A stretch of 64,000 bases of DNA, from NCBI GenBank assembly GCA_016748015.1, contig JAAOMT010000003.1, positions 376,373 through 440,372 of the forward strand, given 5' to 3'. The notes beneath the pieces were generated by a model. The model worked only from the letters and a program-made list of their open reading frames with translations, had not been told where the DNA came from and did not search any database. This document shows, in pieces, positions 47,309 to 60,497 of the stretch. How positions within the stretch are numbered: the first letter of the stretch is position 1; the number at the start of each line of letters is the position of its first letter. The translations under genes and the position numbers were made by a program. Source of the stretch: Geosiphon pyriformis uo1 (taxonomy: Eukaryota > Fungi > Glomeromycota).

Positions 47309-49089
47309 GAAGGAGGTTATGTTACCAGACAAAATTAGAGATATTGTTTAGCATGAAATTACCCTTATAAATCTTATCATCAATTAGCGTATATTATTGT
47401 TTCAAATTATCACTTATTACATTAGCAAAATATCTGAAATTATCATTTAATTAATAACCCAATTTGTACATAACACAAATGTAACCTAATTGCAATAATC
47501 AATCATGTAATACCCCAAACTATGTAACATTCAAAAAGTTCGCCAAAATTTGTAAGAAATTTGCCGAAATAATTGATAGTTTGCCGAAATATCTAATAGT
47601 TTGCAGAAATAACTTGTAGTTCACCAAAATGTATCTTTAATTCAGCAAAATTATAGAAAATAGCAAAGTTCAAATTCATAGAATAGTGTTATAATAAGTT
47701 GTATAAAAGAAGAGCTTCTCTCTTCGAGAAAATGTATCTTACTTCAGATTTAAACAATTAGAATAATCCTTTACACCCAAAAAATAAATAAATATCAAAT
47801 AATTCGAAAAGCCAAATTCTTAAATTATTTATCTTGAAATTAACCAATTTCTACTAACAGTTTGAAATTGACTAGCTATCAATTTCAGTAAACTGTTAAA
47901 GCACTTCCAGGTCTAGATCCGAAATGACTTCCATAAATCAGTTTTTTTATTTTTCTTTTACATTTCTTTTATTTATTTTCTTTTCTTATTACAATCATTA
48001 GGGTAGCCTACAGACAAGATTCCTGTAGAAGAGTTGACTTTCACAGCAAAGTAACTACACATATTTTGTGAGCTTCCAGATGAGCAATTCTTGAGAAAGA
48101 GTTGACGTTTACTACAATATAACTATACAAAGTAATGAGCACAGAATTGGCCATTCTACTTATAAGCCCAGCAGTTCAATTTATAGGAGATAATTTGAAG
48201 ATAAATTCAGTTACTGGAGGTTCAATCACATCCAGAAAACGTGAATTCACAGCAAACAGGCATCAACAACATTAAAGAAAAGAGACCAAAAACCTCTGGT
48301 AACAACGTCACCTCTTTTTCAGGAATTGCTCGTCTAGAAGCTTACTAAAAATGTGTAGTTACTTTGCTGTAAAAGTCAACTCTTCTACAGGAATCTCATC
48401 TATAAGCTACTTTAATGATTGTAATAAGAAAATAAAAGAAAAAAAATCAAAGAAATGTAAAAAAAATAGAATTTTGTCAAGAGAAACGTTTTCTATCCAG
48501 GCCTGAAGTCACTACAGTTTACTGAAATTGGTAACTAATCAATTTCAAAATGTTAGTTGGGTTTTAAGAATTTTCCAAGTGCAATAATTAAGGAATTTGG
48601 TTTTTCAAATTATTTGCTATTTATTTCTTTTTGTGTGTATAGGAATGGTTCTAAGTGATAAATCTAAAGTAAGATATATTTTTTTGAAGAGAGAAGCTCT
48701 TCTTTTATACAACTTGTTGTAACACTATTCCATGAACTTGAACTTTGCTCTTTTCTACAATTTCGCTGAACTAAAGATACATTTTGGTAAACTACAAGTT
48801 ATTTCTGCGAACTATTAGATATTTCAGTGAACTATCAATTATTTCAGCGAATTTCTACAAATTTCGGCAAACTTTTGAATGGTACATATTTTGGGGTATT
48901 GCATGATTGATCATTGCAATTAGATTACATTTGTGTTATGTACAAATTAGGTTATTAATTAAATGATAATTTCGAACATTTTGCTAATGTAATAAGTGAT
49001 AATTTGAAACAATAATATATGCTAATTAATAATAGGAATTATAAAGATAATTTCATGCTAAATAATATCTCTAATTTCATCTAATAACA

Positions 49090-52000
49090 ATGGTAATAGT
49101 GCTATTTTTTATCTTGATTGTCTTCTATCTTCAAATTTCTGTTTATGAAGTGCTGTTAATTCCTTATGATCTGTATATACATTAAACTTCTGGCTTAAGT
49201 ATTCGCTCCATTTTATGACTGTCCAATAAATTGCTAAGTGTTCTAATTCTGGTGTTCCATAATTTCTTTCAGCTGAAGTTAAACCTTGGCTGGCATATGC
49301 GACTGGATGTTCTTTTTCATTCAGTCCTCTCTGTGATAGTACTGCTCTTAATACTTGGCCTGATATATTGGTGGTAATAATAAACAGTTTGTTGTGATCT
49401 GGATAGATTAGTACTGGAGCTTGTATAAGCTTTTTTCTTAGAATATTAAAAGCTTTTTGTTGTGCTTCTGTCCATTTGTATTTCACATTCTTGGTTTGGA
49501 GATAATTGAGTGGTTGGACTATCTTGAAAAAGTTTTTGATGAAGCATCAATAATAACCTGTGAATCCCAAAAATGACTTTAACTCTGTTATATTGGTTGG
49601 TACTGGAAAGTTTTTGACTATCTCTATCTTTTCTGAATCTGTTTTGATGCCGTTTTTGCTTACTATGTGTCCTAAAAAGTTTAATTTTGTTTTGCCAAAG
49701 AAGCACTTATTGGCATTTAACTTTAGTTCTGCTCATTGTAGCCTTTCAAACACTTGTTGTAGATAATGCAAATGATCATCAAATGTTTTGGAGAACACAT
49801 TGGTGTTATCTAAATAAACAACTATTGATTTCCACAACAAGCCAGTATATACTATTTCTATTAGCTGTTGAAATATGGCTGGCATATTTGTTAAGCCAAA
49901 TGGCATCACTTCAAATTCAAAATTTCCCTCCCATGTTGTAAATACAGTCTTTTCTTTGTCCACTAGATCTATGGCTACTTGCCAATAACCACTATCTAAA
50001 TCTAATGTTGAAAACCATTTGTTTTCTCTAAAAGCATCGAATAATTTCTGAATCTGTGGAGTTGGATAGCTGTCTCTACGCATGACTCTATTAAGCTTTC
50101 TGTAGTCCACACAAAACAGATTTTCCCATTTTTTTTCTGAATGAGTACTACTGATGATGACCATGGGCTCATTAATGGCTGAATTAATCCATTGTCAAGC
50201 ATCTGGTTGATTTTTTAATGAATAATCTCATGGCTGGCGGGTGGTACTCTGTATGTTTGTTGTTTTATTGGCATAGTATCTTCAGTTTTGATCTAGTATT
50301 AGATAATATCAGTTCTGCTGAATTCATTCTCACTGGCAAAGATGTTATTGAACTTGTTGAGCAACATCTTCAGCTGCATGCATTGAAATGAGTCTAGATT
50401 TTCCATGTTTATTTGTTCCAATTGTTCTGGTTAAAGCAAATAACATTTATTTTGTCCATATATTGTTTGTGATGTGATGTCAACATATTCACAAAGCTGT
50501 GGAAAGTCTGAAATAGAGTTTGGTGGTTGGTCCTCTATTTCAGTAGTTAAATGTCTTATGATAGTTCTTTCTAGTATCTTTATAACTTTTCTGGTGTTAT
50601 TATAAATGGGAATTTTGATGTGGCTATAGTTCTTGGCTGGTATGTAAAGATTGATGAGTCCAATTTCTCCTGATTCACAACGTGCTGCTTCTGCCTCAAA
50701 AATTTGGTTCTGATCCTTTACTTTCCTTTCTATGACTACCATATACTAGTTATATAGTGGAATAGAAATTGGTTAACTGGTGGAGATAATTTCTCCCTTG
50801 TCAATAATCTCTTCTTCCACCATATTAACTGGTATATCTACTCTACTCATTGATCCAAATCTCTGTATTCCTCTTGCTGTTATTCCTAATTCTTCCCTAT
50901 TCCCTATTGATACTAACTGAGCTATTTTGACCAAAGACAGGAATATTGTCTGTACTATCTTTTCATTTGGCTCTATTACATAGGTCTTTTTTGAATTGTT
51001 TTGTAGTATAGCAATAATATTTCCCACATATTCTGTGTCAATTATTCCTTCTCTGATGTTAATTCCTCTTTTTGCTAGACTACTCCTAGATACTAGTTGA
51101 ACTATTGTGGTTGCTGGAATTTCCAGTGCTATTTTCAGATCAATATAAGTGCACGAATGTGATTCCAATTTGATGGCATCTTTTTCAGGATATCTCAAAT
51201 CAAACCCTGCATCAGTATTATGTGCATGTTCTGGCATAATATCTTCATTATTGTTACTGAACTATTTTAGTTTCTGCTTCTTGGTGAGGTTAGGAAGTGC
51301 AATATATTGTTCATAGTTTGAATCAGAGTTTGAATCTGAGTTGGAATCATTGTCATTGTTATTGCTATTTTGAATGGAGCTGGAACTGTTATTTTTATTG
51401 TTATCATTGTCAGGGTTTAAGTCGAAATTGAAAATTGATTCTAATTCTAATATGCAGCTGTTGATTGGTTCTTCTTCTTCTGGAATCATGTAGATTATGC
51501 AGATTGGTGGGTTGTAAATGAGGTTATATTTATTACAATATTGAAAGTTACATAGAATTAAACAGTGGTCACATAATCGAGTGTTTAGTTATGCTAAACA
51601 CTCTTCCTGTTCTTCTCTGGTGGGCGCCAAGTTTTGGTAATGCTCATGGAAGTCTTCTGAGTTGGTTTTTATGTCAAGAAAGGCATTTGGATTTGGAACA
51701 AAGATGATGTCAACCTGTTTAGGTGGGTTGTTTTTAACTTCCAGAATTTCACTGGACATGGCTTCTTGGACTTTGGCATTTGCCATTTGCCAGATCTCAT
51801 TCTCATTATGTGGGTAGCCATTCAATCGGTTAATTGCTTTATGCCAAGCTGCTGTTATGGACATGCCACAACTCACCCAGTCACTGATGAGAATTGTGTA
51901 CTGGCATGAAGTGTCGCATGTTTCTCTTCGACCAGGAATGTTGTTCCACATCCCTTCGTTGAATAGCTGTTTGCCATAAGCGAAACATGGTTCATTGTCC

Positions 52001-55000
52001 CATTTCTCTTGACACTTTGGATATCTGTAGCATTTGCGATGGCACAGTTTGCAGTAATAATGTGTTCATGTTTAGTGGTTTTTGTTTGGCATAATCCATG
52101 CTTCCATAAAAGAGAGTTTTTTTTCACAGTTTTTGCATTTAAGTGGAATAAATGGTGGCTGTAATAGTGGCTGGCGAACAGAGTATGAGCTTGTCCATTC
52201 TTTGGTTGTGTCTTCTGTGGGTTTGATTTCTTCAGATACATTTTCTTCTTTTTTTTTCCTTTTTCCTTTTTCTTTCCAGCTTATTGTTGGTAGCAACTCA
52301 CTTTGGCTGTGGTTAGTTCAAGTGTCAATGGTGGTTTTCCAGGTATGTTCTTCTCTTTGTTTTCTTTTTTCATTGTCATTGTCATCCCAAGAAAGTATTG
52401 ACAGTAGTTCATTGTGGTCATTGTCAGCCCATGAGACTTGATAGGCTTTCCAAGTAGGTTTTTTCACTTTTTCCTCAAACTCAATAAGTGGTGCTGATGT
52501 GTTGATGATCTTGAAGTGACTGCACGTGGCTGGTACATGTATATGTCGACCATTTTGGCTGAGTTGGAGCTCTTGTATTGTCCAATCCAGTATGACATTT
52601 GTTTTAGTGAGCCAGTCATTATCAATTAGTGCTTGGTATTGAGTGGCTTCTATTACCAAAACTTTAATAGAGACTATAATGCCATTGACTTCAAAAGAGA
52701 AGTCATCAATCTCACCAATAGGAGTTTTGGTTGTTTCATCAGCTGTGATAATTCTTGCACTAGCAGCTCTGTCAACTCAGTGATCTAATTGATTCATGAG
52801 TTGTTTAGTGATGATGCTGCCAGCTGATCCACTATCCAGGATCAGTTTGATATACTGACCATCGACTTTGACATTAGTATATATTATGATTATTGATTTA
52901 GTATTCAGAACGGCTCTACTGAATAATGTAACTAATGTGATTTTCTCAAGTTCAAATAGAAATATGGCAGCAAGTGATTCGTCTTCGGTGCTGGCGGCTG
53001 GTGGAATGTTGTGGGTAAGTGGCTTCTGGTTGGTTTCTTGTTTGCTAGATGCAGCATCTTCTGGGGTAATCAGAAGACTTAAGTAGTTTTAGAAACTTGG
53101 GTTTTGGTTATATTCAGTTCCTGAACTCCGCTGGTGTGATCCTGATGGTTGATTTGTTGAACTGGGGATTGGTTAGTGAACCACCATTGCCAATCTCCAA
53201 TTTTGGGTTACTCTGGATCTGGGGTTTCTAGATGTTATTGTAGCTGGGTTTTGTGGTGGTGTTTGAATTGATTGTTGTGGTTGATAGACTATTTGTGGCT
53301 GCAGTTAATATATTACAGGTGACTGTGGTTGATATATTTGAGGTTGATATACCAGTGTTTGATAGATTGGTGGCAGCATCATTGGCAAGTAAGTAGATTG
53401 ATATTGATTTTGATTTGAGTAATGATTCAGAGTTGGGAACTGGCAATTGGGATTCCAATATTGATTTCCTGATTATGGGTTACTATAAGCACGGCAATCA
53501 GCTCTAAGATAACCTTGTTTACCACAGTTGTGGCAAATTCACATTTCTTGTTGCCACGGCTGATTTGTTAATGATGATGGACACGACTGATTTTGGAAAC
53601 AATTTGCATTTTCCTAATTATTACATCGTTGAGAAAACTGATAAATTGGGTGATTGTCAGCTAAGTATCTCTCTAATTTCTGATTAATGGAATTACTAAA
53701 TTGTTTCAATTTAGAATTCAAGTTAGATAATCTATTCATTACTAAATTCACAGCTTGAGTGTGGTTGGCTTCTAACTTAACAGCTTCAAAATCTCTAGCA
53801 TGAGTGACTGTGGTAGGAAAATCTACTGAATGCATCAAATGTACTTGTTGGAGTATGCTGCTGCATAAGCCTCTAATGAACTGATTTAAGATTTGTGGCG
53901 CTGTAAAATAATCAGCTTGGATAGCTTGGATTTGGCACAGATTTCTGTAGAAGTGTCCCAAGTAGGTAGTGACTGCTTTTGTGTCCCCTTGTTTTAAGAT
54001 GGTAAAAGTACTTGCCAGACAGTTGATACTATTATTATCACTAAAATATTTTAGGAATTTTGTTTTGAATGCATTAAAATTTTGGGGTTTTTGGGCCAAG
54101 CTATGATACCATGAGTTAGCAGTATCTTTTAGGAAATATGGGATGACTTGTATTGTTCTTGCATCATCTCAATTATTTGTAGTAATGGCTTTGCCGACGT
54201 CATTGATTCATGTCTGGGCATCGTTCTTTTCACCAGTAAACTTCTTAAGTTTTGTGATTAGTACAAAAGCCATTGGTGTGATTAGTTGCTGTTGTTATAT
54301 TGGTGGTTAAAGTGGTTGTTGTGGTTGCTGAACTGGTTGCTGGATAAGTTGCTGTAGTGATGACTGTTGAAGGAGTATTTGCTGCTATTGAATCAGTTTG
54401 ATAATTAGTTTAATTGGTGGCTGATCAATGATGATATTTGAAGGTAAGTTTTGTTGATTAATTAAGTTGGAGTTTTGGTCGTTCTGATTTGGTGGAGTTT
54501 TGATTTCTGGATTTTCTAGATTTTGATCTTGCTAAGTCTGAAAATTTGGAGTTTCTATATTCAGGTTCTCAGTAATTGGGTTTTGGTAAGTGAATTCTTG
54601 ATCTTCAGATTCTTCTTCCTCTTTTTTTTCTTGTTCTTTTTCTGATTTGGTTGATTCCCACAGATCAGTAATTCCAAAATCTGGTTAAAGTGGTGGTGAT
54701 CAAACTTCTAATGGTGTTGGTGATCTCAATTTGAATCCCTCAAAGTATGCGTCATATGATCCTAATAGATCTTCTTTCCTTTGTTTACTTTGAAATGGAA
54801 ATTGTCCAAATGTTAATGTTGCGTTTGATGTAAACATGCCTGCTGATACGATATTAATAGCACTTCCAGGAGTATAATGATATGATGAATTTGTAGGTGA
54901 TTCAATTTTGTGTTTCTTCCAAGTAGGTAGTTGATTTCATTGAAGTGTTACTGCTGGTGTTTGTAATTTTCTTTTGCCTTTACTGGCATAAGTGATTGGG

Positions 55001-55296
55001 TATCTTTGTTGTGTGTAATGTTCAATTTCTTTATTAATCTTAGTGATGATGGATGCAAAATTATAATTTGTTGGTAAGCTGGTGTTTTGGATTAATTTGT
55101 GGTAAAAAGTTTCTCTCGCTAATTCAGTGTTTACTGGTGTTCCTAACAAATAGGCAATTTTTTTATTGACATAGAAATTAAAGGCTGATTCTGCTGATAT
55201 CTGATTGTGGTTCAATCCTAAGTGTTGACAGTAGTGTTAAAATAAGGATTTTGGGAATTCTAAATAGTTTGCTTCTATACTTTCTGATTCTGCCAC
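49090..55296 (-). pseudogene. LTR-2 Gag-PR-Cys-rich-dUTPase-RT-RNase H polyprotein
   Basis: ORF track fragments 54937-55215, 53614-54099, 52318-52659, 51589-51951, 50773-51237, 49733-50164 and 49109-49486 carry the domains in order. Confidence 0.9.
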
Positions 55297-56422
55297 TGTT
55301 GATTTATTTGTTGGTGCTGGTTCTCTGTAGAATTATATCTCACAGGGAGCACCAAATATTACAGGTGTGTTGATGGTTATTGAAATAAATAACAAACCTG
55401 TAATTTGGTGCCCAAAGCTGTTTGTCAATAATAGAAATCTGAAGATGTGTTTATCTGAAGGTTTTGGTTGAGTTCTTTGTATAATGGACAGAAATTCAGT
55501 GGTAATAGTTTTATCCATAGCTTTTTGAAACTGCAGTTTTGTCAATTTCTTTCTTAGCATGATGGCTGGTGTTACAAGTGACTATTTCTGGTGTTAGATT
55601 AGATAACAAACCCATAACTTGGTGCTAAAAGTTATTCGCATTGATGTTATTAATCTGAAGGTTTTGTATCTGAAGGTTTCAGTTTGAGTTCTTTATATAA
55701 TAGACAGAGATTTAATAGTTGTTTTATCTGTAGCTTCCCAGAATCACAATTCTGTCAATTTTTCTCTCAGCATAATGGCCGGCAATCCTCTGGTAAGTAT
55801 TTCATTTTTTTGTACATGTCCTACCCTCTCGCAGGGGTCTTTTACCAGGCAATTCTTGACGTCAGTAATCTAGCACTTTATTCAACCAATTAGTACACAA
55901 CAATAAAATCAAAATAAAATAAAATAAAGAAAAGAAATAAAAAAAAATCATAAATAAGCCAAGACAATTTTGCAAGTCAGTATCTTGTCAATAGCCATGA
56001 TCAAGAGCTATTGTTCTAGTGTGTTTAAGTATTAATTACTATCAACACTCTATATTGATAGTAGAATTAGGTTTGAGATACCAAATAGTTATTTATTGTG
56101 TTTGGAAAATTGTCTAAATAAAATCTAAACTTGGAGGTCTGTCTTTTTTAGCTTCTCATACTACTGCTATATATACATAATTGAGATTCCTCAATTCCTC
56201 AATTCTTCACAACAGGAATTCTGGAATCTTGCAATTCTTTTGAGAGGAATCCTGAAATTCTGGAATCCTGGGATTCCTTGTGAAAATCCTGTAATTCCTG
56301 GAATCTTGCAATTTTTAAGAGGAATCCTGGAATTTCACATTTACTATGTCTACTTCTGATTGGCTAATAACTATGCTAATATATATTCCCTATATTTCTA
56401 TGAGTAACATTATTCTCTTCTT

Positions 56423-57052
56423 TTAATATTGAGTTCTGTCGAAATTCAATTCTGTTAATTCTCTCTTTTGAAGTATTTCTTGAATTTCGTTTTTAAGAAT
56501 TACATGTGCTATTTGAGTCTGTAATTCTTCAAATTGAGCATTGGTGATCTTTCCTAATTAATTACTAATAACCGTATTCATTGCTTTGTTGAGTAAGATT
56601 CTTGGTTGATCCTGAAATGCTGTGTGTATTCGGTATATGGCTTGGGCCTGTGTGGATAAGTTGTTCTTTCCCACAAAATGTTCTAATTGTTGTAGTATTT
56701 TTTTGTCAAATAATTGTTTTGTTTTATCCATATATAGATTCTGAATATTCACGTGTTGTCCCAAGTAAAAATAACAATAGTTTCTTGGAAATTGTTGTAT
56801 GCACCAATTCCAAGTTTCTTTAGTCAACTCTTAATATAGTGACTTTTTTGACAACTTTTTTATTGCTAATTTTACTTTTGCAATGATTTTGTCAATGGTA
56901 TTTTCTGTTTTCTTCTGTGTTCTATGTGGTGATGTCTTTCTAGTGTTTTGATATTGGATGGTTTGTTGATTAATTGTAATTTTCATTTTTTGGTATTGAA
57001 TCAATTGAAAGAGTTGTTGTGCTAGTAAGTGAATGTTGTCTGTAATTTCCAT
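56423..57052 (-). pseudogene. LTR-4 ORF3, unknown ~209-aa protein
   Basis: MEITDNIHLLAQQL...YCYFYLGQ...AIYRIHTAF...LGKITNAQF...NFDRTQY* in one frame with two internal stops. Confidence 0.78.
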
Positions 57053-57106
57053 TTTTCTGATATTTCTTGTTGTATCTATCATGTCTTTATATATTCTTTT
57101 GATGGA

Positions 57107-58490
57107 TTAATTTAATGTGTTGTTGTCAATAATAATGATTGGTTCCAAATTTTGTGGAATCTCCTTTGGTTGGACTAGTATCTTCTGTACTCCTAATTGT
57201 AGAATATTACTGGTGGATGGTGGTATAATGTTGTGGTATGATTTCAGTCGATCTCCATATGCTGCTTTGGTTAAGATTTTGTTATTCAGTCTTAATTTGT
57301 AAGCTCCATTCCCTAGAATTTCTTCTATGTGAAATGGTCTATCCCATTTGGGGTCAAATTTTCCACTCCATTGTTTTTCTGCTTTGGTACAATGTAAGAG
57401 TACTTTGTCTCCAATCTTGAATTCAACTGGTTTGTTTGGTAATTAATTATCATGTCTTTCTTTCTGTTTCTCTTGTGACTTTTGTATATTATCAACTGCT
57501 CTTCTTTGTTTGTTTTCCAATGTTTTCATTAAATTATATGTTTTTCTTAATAATGTTTCTTGGAAATTTTCTTCTGTTATTGGTTTAGTTGGATATGTGT
57601 TAACCTCTATCTCAACTGGTAATGTTGCTGTTCTACCATATATCAATTCAAATGGTGTTGCTTGTGTGGTGTCTTGCTTTATTGTCCAATAAGCAAATAA
57701 TACTGATGGTATGAACAAATCCCATTCATCCTGGTTTTCTTGGCTGAGTTTCACTATTGCTTCACACAATGTTCTATTAAATCTTTCAACTAATCCATTG
57801 ATTTGTGAATGGTATGGTAATGATAGTGGTCTCTTAATTCCGAATCTTTGGCTTAGTTCTGCTAATATTCTATTTACAAAATGGGTTCCTTGGTCTGATA
57901 ATAGTTCTTTTGAACATCTATGTTGACAAATCAGATCTTGATGAACAAATTTGGTAATGGATTTTGCATTCACTCTTTGAATTGCTTTGGCTTCTGGCCA
58001 TTTAGTAAGATAGTTCATGGCTACTGCAATATATCTGTTGCCCTCTGCTGGTAATTGTCAATGGTCCGACTAAATTGATTTCAATATAGTCAAATGGTTG
58101 TCCCATTTTGATTGGTCTTAATGGTTTACTGGGTCTTGTTTCTTTTTTTCTTTGACAAGCATCACAATTTTGCATATATTGGATAATGTCTGAATACATT
58201 GATGGCCAATAGTATCTCTTTCTGGTTCTTTCTATGATTGCTTTTTTATGAAAATGTCCTGCAGTTGGATCTGAGTGCATGTTGAACAGTATTGTCTCTT
58301 TTTCTGGTTCTGTAATTACTTTGGTTGGTTGATCTGAATCTTTTCTACTTTTCCGATAAAGTATATTTTGGTAAGTGATAAAATATTTGGATTGTTGTTT
58401 GATCTTCTTTTGTTCTGATTGAGATAATTTCTCCTTGAATTGTTAAGTATCTATATAATGTTGAAGTTGTTGATATTTTTGTGTGTTCAT
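57107..58490 (-). pseudogene. LTR-4 integrase, separate ORF with own ATG
   Basis: MNTQKYQQLQHY is in frame with MHSDPTAGHF...CDAC; SDQGTHF, NGLVERFN, KWDRPFH. Confidence 0.87.
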
Positions 58491-59484
58491 CTTTTGTTAT
58501 ATTTTCGTGAATATTGTTTTGGTTTTGTTATATTTTTGGGTTGAAATGTTCTTAGATTTGTCTTATTTGTGACAAACTGTTAGTATTTCTATTGTCTTTT
58601 CCCTTTTTATAATGTATGATATAAGTATATGATATGAGTGCCATTTTCTATCTTGACTGTCTTTTGTCTCCAAATTCTTGTTTTTGGAGTAATGTCAATC
58701 CTTTGTGATCTGTGTACACCTCAAACTTTTGGCTCAAGTATTCTTTCTATTTTATAACTGCCCAATAGATTGCTAAATGTTCTAATTTTGGTGTTTCATA
58801 ATTCTTTTCAGCTGGTGTTAAACCTCGGCTGGCATATGTAACTGAATGTTCTCTTTCATCTGGTTCTCTCTGAGATAGTACTGCTCTCAATGCTTGATCT
58901 AATGCATTAGTAGTAATAATGAATGGTTTACTATAATCTGGATAGATCAATATTAGAGCTTGAATAAGCTTTCTTCTTAAGATGTCAAATGCTTCTTGCT
59001 GAGTTTCAGTTTATTTATACTTTGCATTTTTGGTTTGAAGATCATTGAGTGGTTGTGCTATTTTTGAAAAGTTCTTTATGAAGTGTCTATAATAGCTTGC
59101 GAATCCCAAGAATGATTTCAGCTCAGTTACATTGGTTGGTATTGGAAAGTTTTTTACTATCTCTATTTTCTCTGGATCTGTTTTTATGCCATCTTTGCTA
59201 ACTATGTGTTCCAAGAATTTTAGTTCTGTTTTGCCAAAAAAACACTTTGCTGCATTCAATTTTAATCCTGCTTGTCATAGTCTTTCGAACACTTGTTGGA
59301 GATAACGTAAATAATCATCGAATGTTTTTGAAAACACATTGGTGTCATCCAAGTATACAACTACTGATTTCTATAATAAGCCAGTATACACAATTTCCAT
59401 TAGCCATTGGAATGTAGCTGGAGCATTGGTTAAGCTGAATGGCATAACTTCAAACTCAAAGTTTCCCTCTCTTGTGGTAAATGC

Positions 59485-60497
59485 TGTTACCAGTAGAATT
59501 TTAGCTATTAATTAGCATGAAATTACTCTTATAATTCCTATAATTAATTAGTATATTAATATCATTTCAAATTATTATTTATTATTTAATCAATTATCAC
59601 ATATCACAATTCAATTAAAATAATCTAATTAGTATAACAGAAAGTAAGATGATCAAATTACACAATACCCTGAACTTTGTAACATTTTAAAATTCGCCAA
59701 AATTTACAGAAATTCGCCGAAATTTATAAGAAATTCGCCGAAATTTACAAAAATTCGCCAAAATTATGAATAGTTCATCCAAATTAATCAATAGTTCAGC
59801 GAAATAACTTGTAGTTCATCAAAATATATCTTTAGTTTACTGAAATTTGAGCAAAAAGAAAAAGTGCAAGTTCATAGACTAGTACTACAACAAGTTGTAT
59901 AAAAGAAGAGCTTTTCTCTTCAAAAAAATGTATCTTACTTTAGATTTATCACTTAGAACCATTTCTATATACACAAAAAGAAATAAATATCAAATAATTC
60001 GAAAAACCAAATTTTTTAATTATTGCACTTGAAAAATCTTCAAAACCCAACTAACATTTTGAAATTGATTAGCTACCAATTTCAGTAAACTGTTAGTGAC
60101 TCCAGGCCTAAATAGAAAACGTTTCCCTTGATAAAATCTTATTTCTTTTATATTTCTTTTATTTTTCTTTTCTTTTCTTATTACAATCATTAAGGTAGCC
60201 TACAGACGAGATTCTTGTAGAAGAGTTGATTTTCACAGCAAAGTAACTACACATTTTTAGTAAGCTTCCAGATGAGCAATTCCTGGGAAAGAGTTGACAT
60301 TTATTACAACATAACTACATAAAGTAACTGGCAAGGAATTGGTCATTCCACTTATAAGCCCAGCAGTTCAAATTATAGGAGATAATTTGAAGAGAAAATT
60401 CAGTTACTGGAGGTTCAATCACATCCAGAAAATGTGAATTCACAGCAAACAGATATCAACAACATTACAGAAAAGAGACCAAAAACCTCTAGTAACA
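59485..60497 (+). repeat. Solo LTR-b (LTR-3-related family, 1013 bp) inserted in LTR-4 RT
   Basis: TGTTACC...GTAACA ends; TSD ATGC/ACGC at 59481-59484 and 60498-60501; RT reads DKEKMA|[10 protein letters not shown] across the insertion. Confidence 0.92.

Larger units (their letters stand above)
38398..48304 (+). mobile_element. LTR-3: structurally complete (mutated) dUTPase Ty3/Gypsy element, 9.9 kb
   Basis: LTRs 38398-39383 and 47320-48304 (TG...CA); TSD ACGT at 38394-38397 and 48305-48308; PBS TGGTGCTCTTCCACGG 39386-39401; PPT GAGAAGGAGGTTA 47307-47319. Confidence 0.95.
38197..49089 (-). repeat. Solo LTR-a (LTR-3 family, about 980 bp) inserted in LTR-2 RNase H and itself split by LTR-3
   Basis: Pieces 38197-38397 and 48309-49089 join into one reverse-orientation LTR; TSD ATGG at 38193-38196 and 49090-49093. 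Confidence 0.9.
35142..55569 (-). mobile_element. LTR-2: dUTPase Ty3/Gypsy element hosting nested insertions; 5' LTR split by LTR-4
   Basis: 3' LTR 35142-35968, PPT 35969-35983, ORF3, IN 36673-38054, RNase H split at 38196/49090, RT about 49500-50300, dUTPase 50773-51237, PR (LILDSGSAGS) about 52830, gag to 55296, PBS TGGTGCTCCCTGTGAG 55339-55354, 5' LTR starting at 55357. Confidence 0.9.

Noticed and set aside
59690-59845. Palindromic regularly spaced repeats resembling a CRISPR array
   Set aside because: Units are about 21 bp with no unique spacers, lie inside LTR U3, and the context is eukaryotic with no cas genes.
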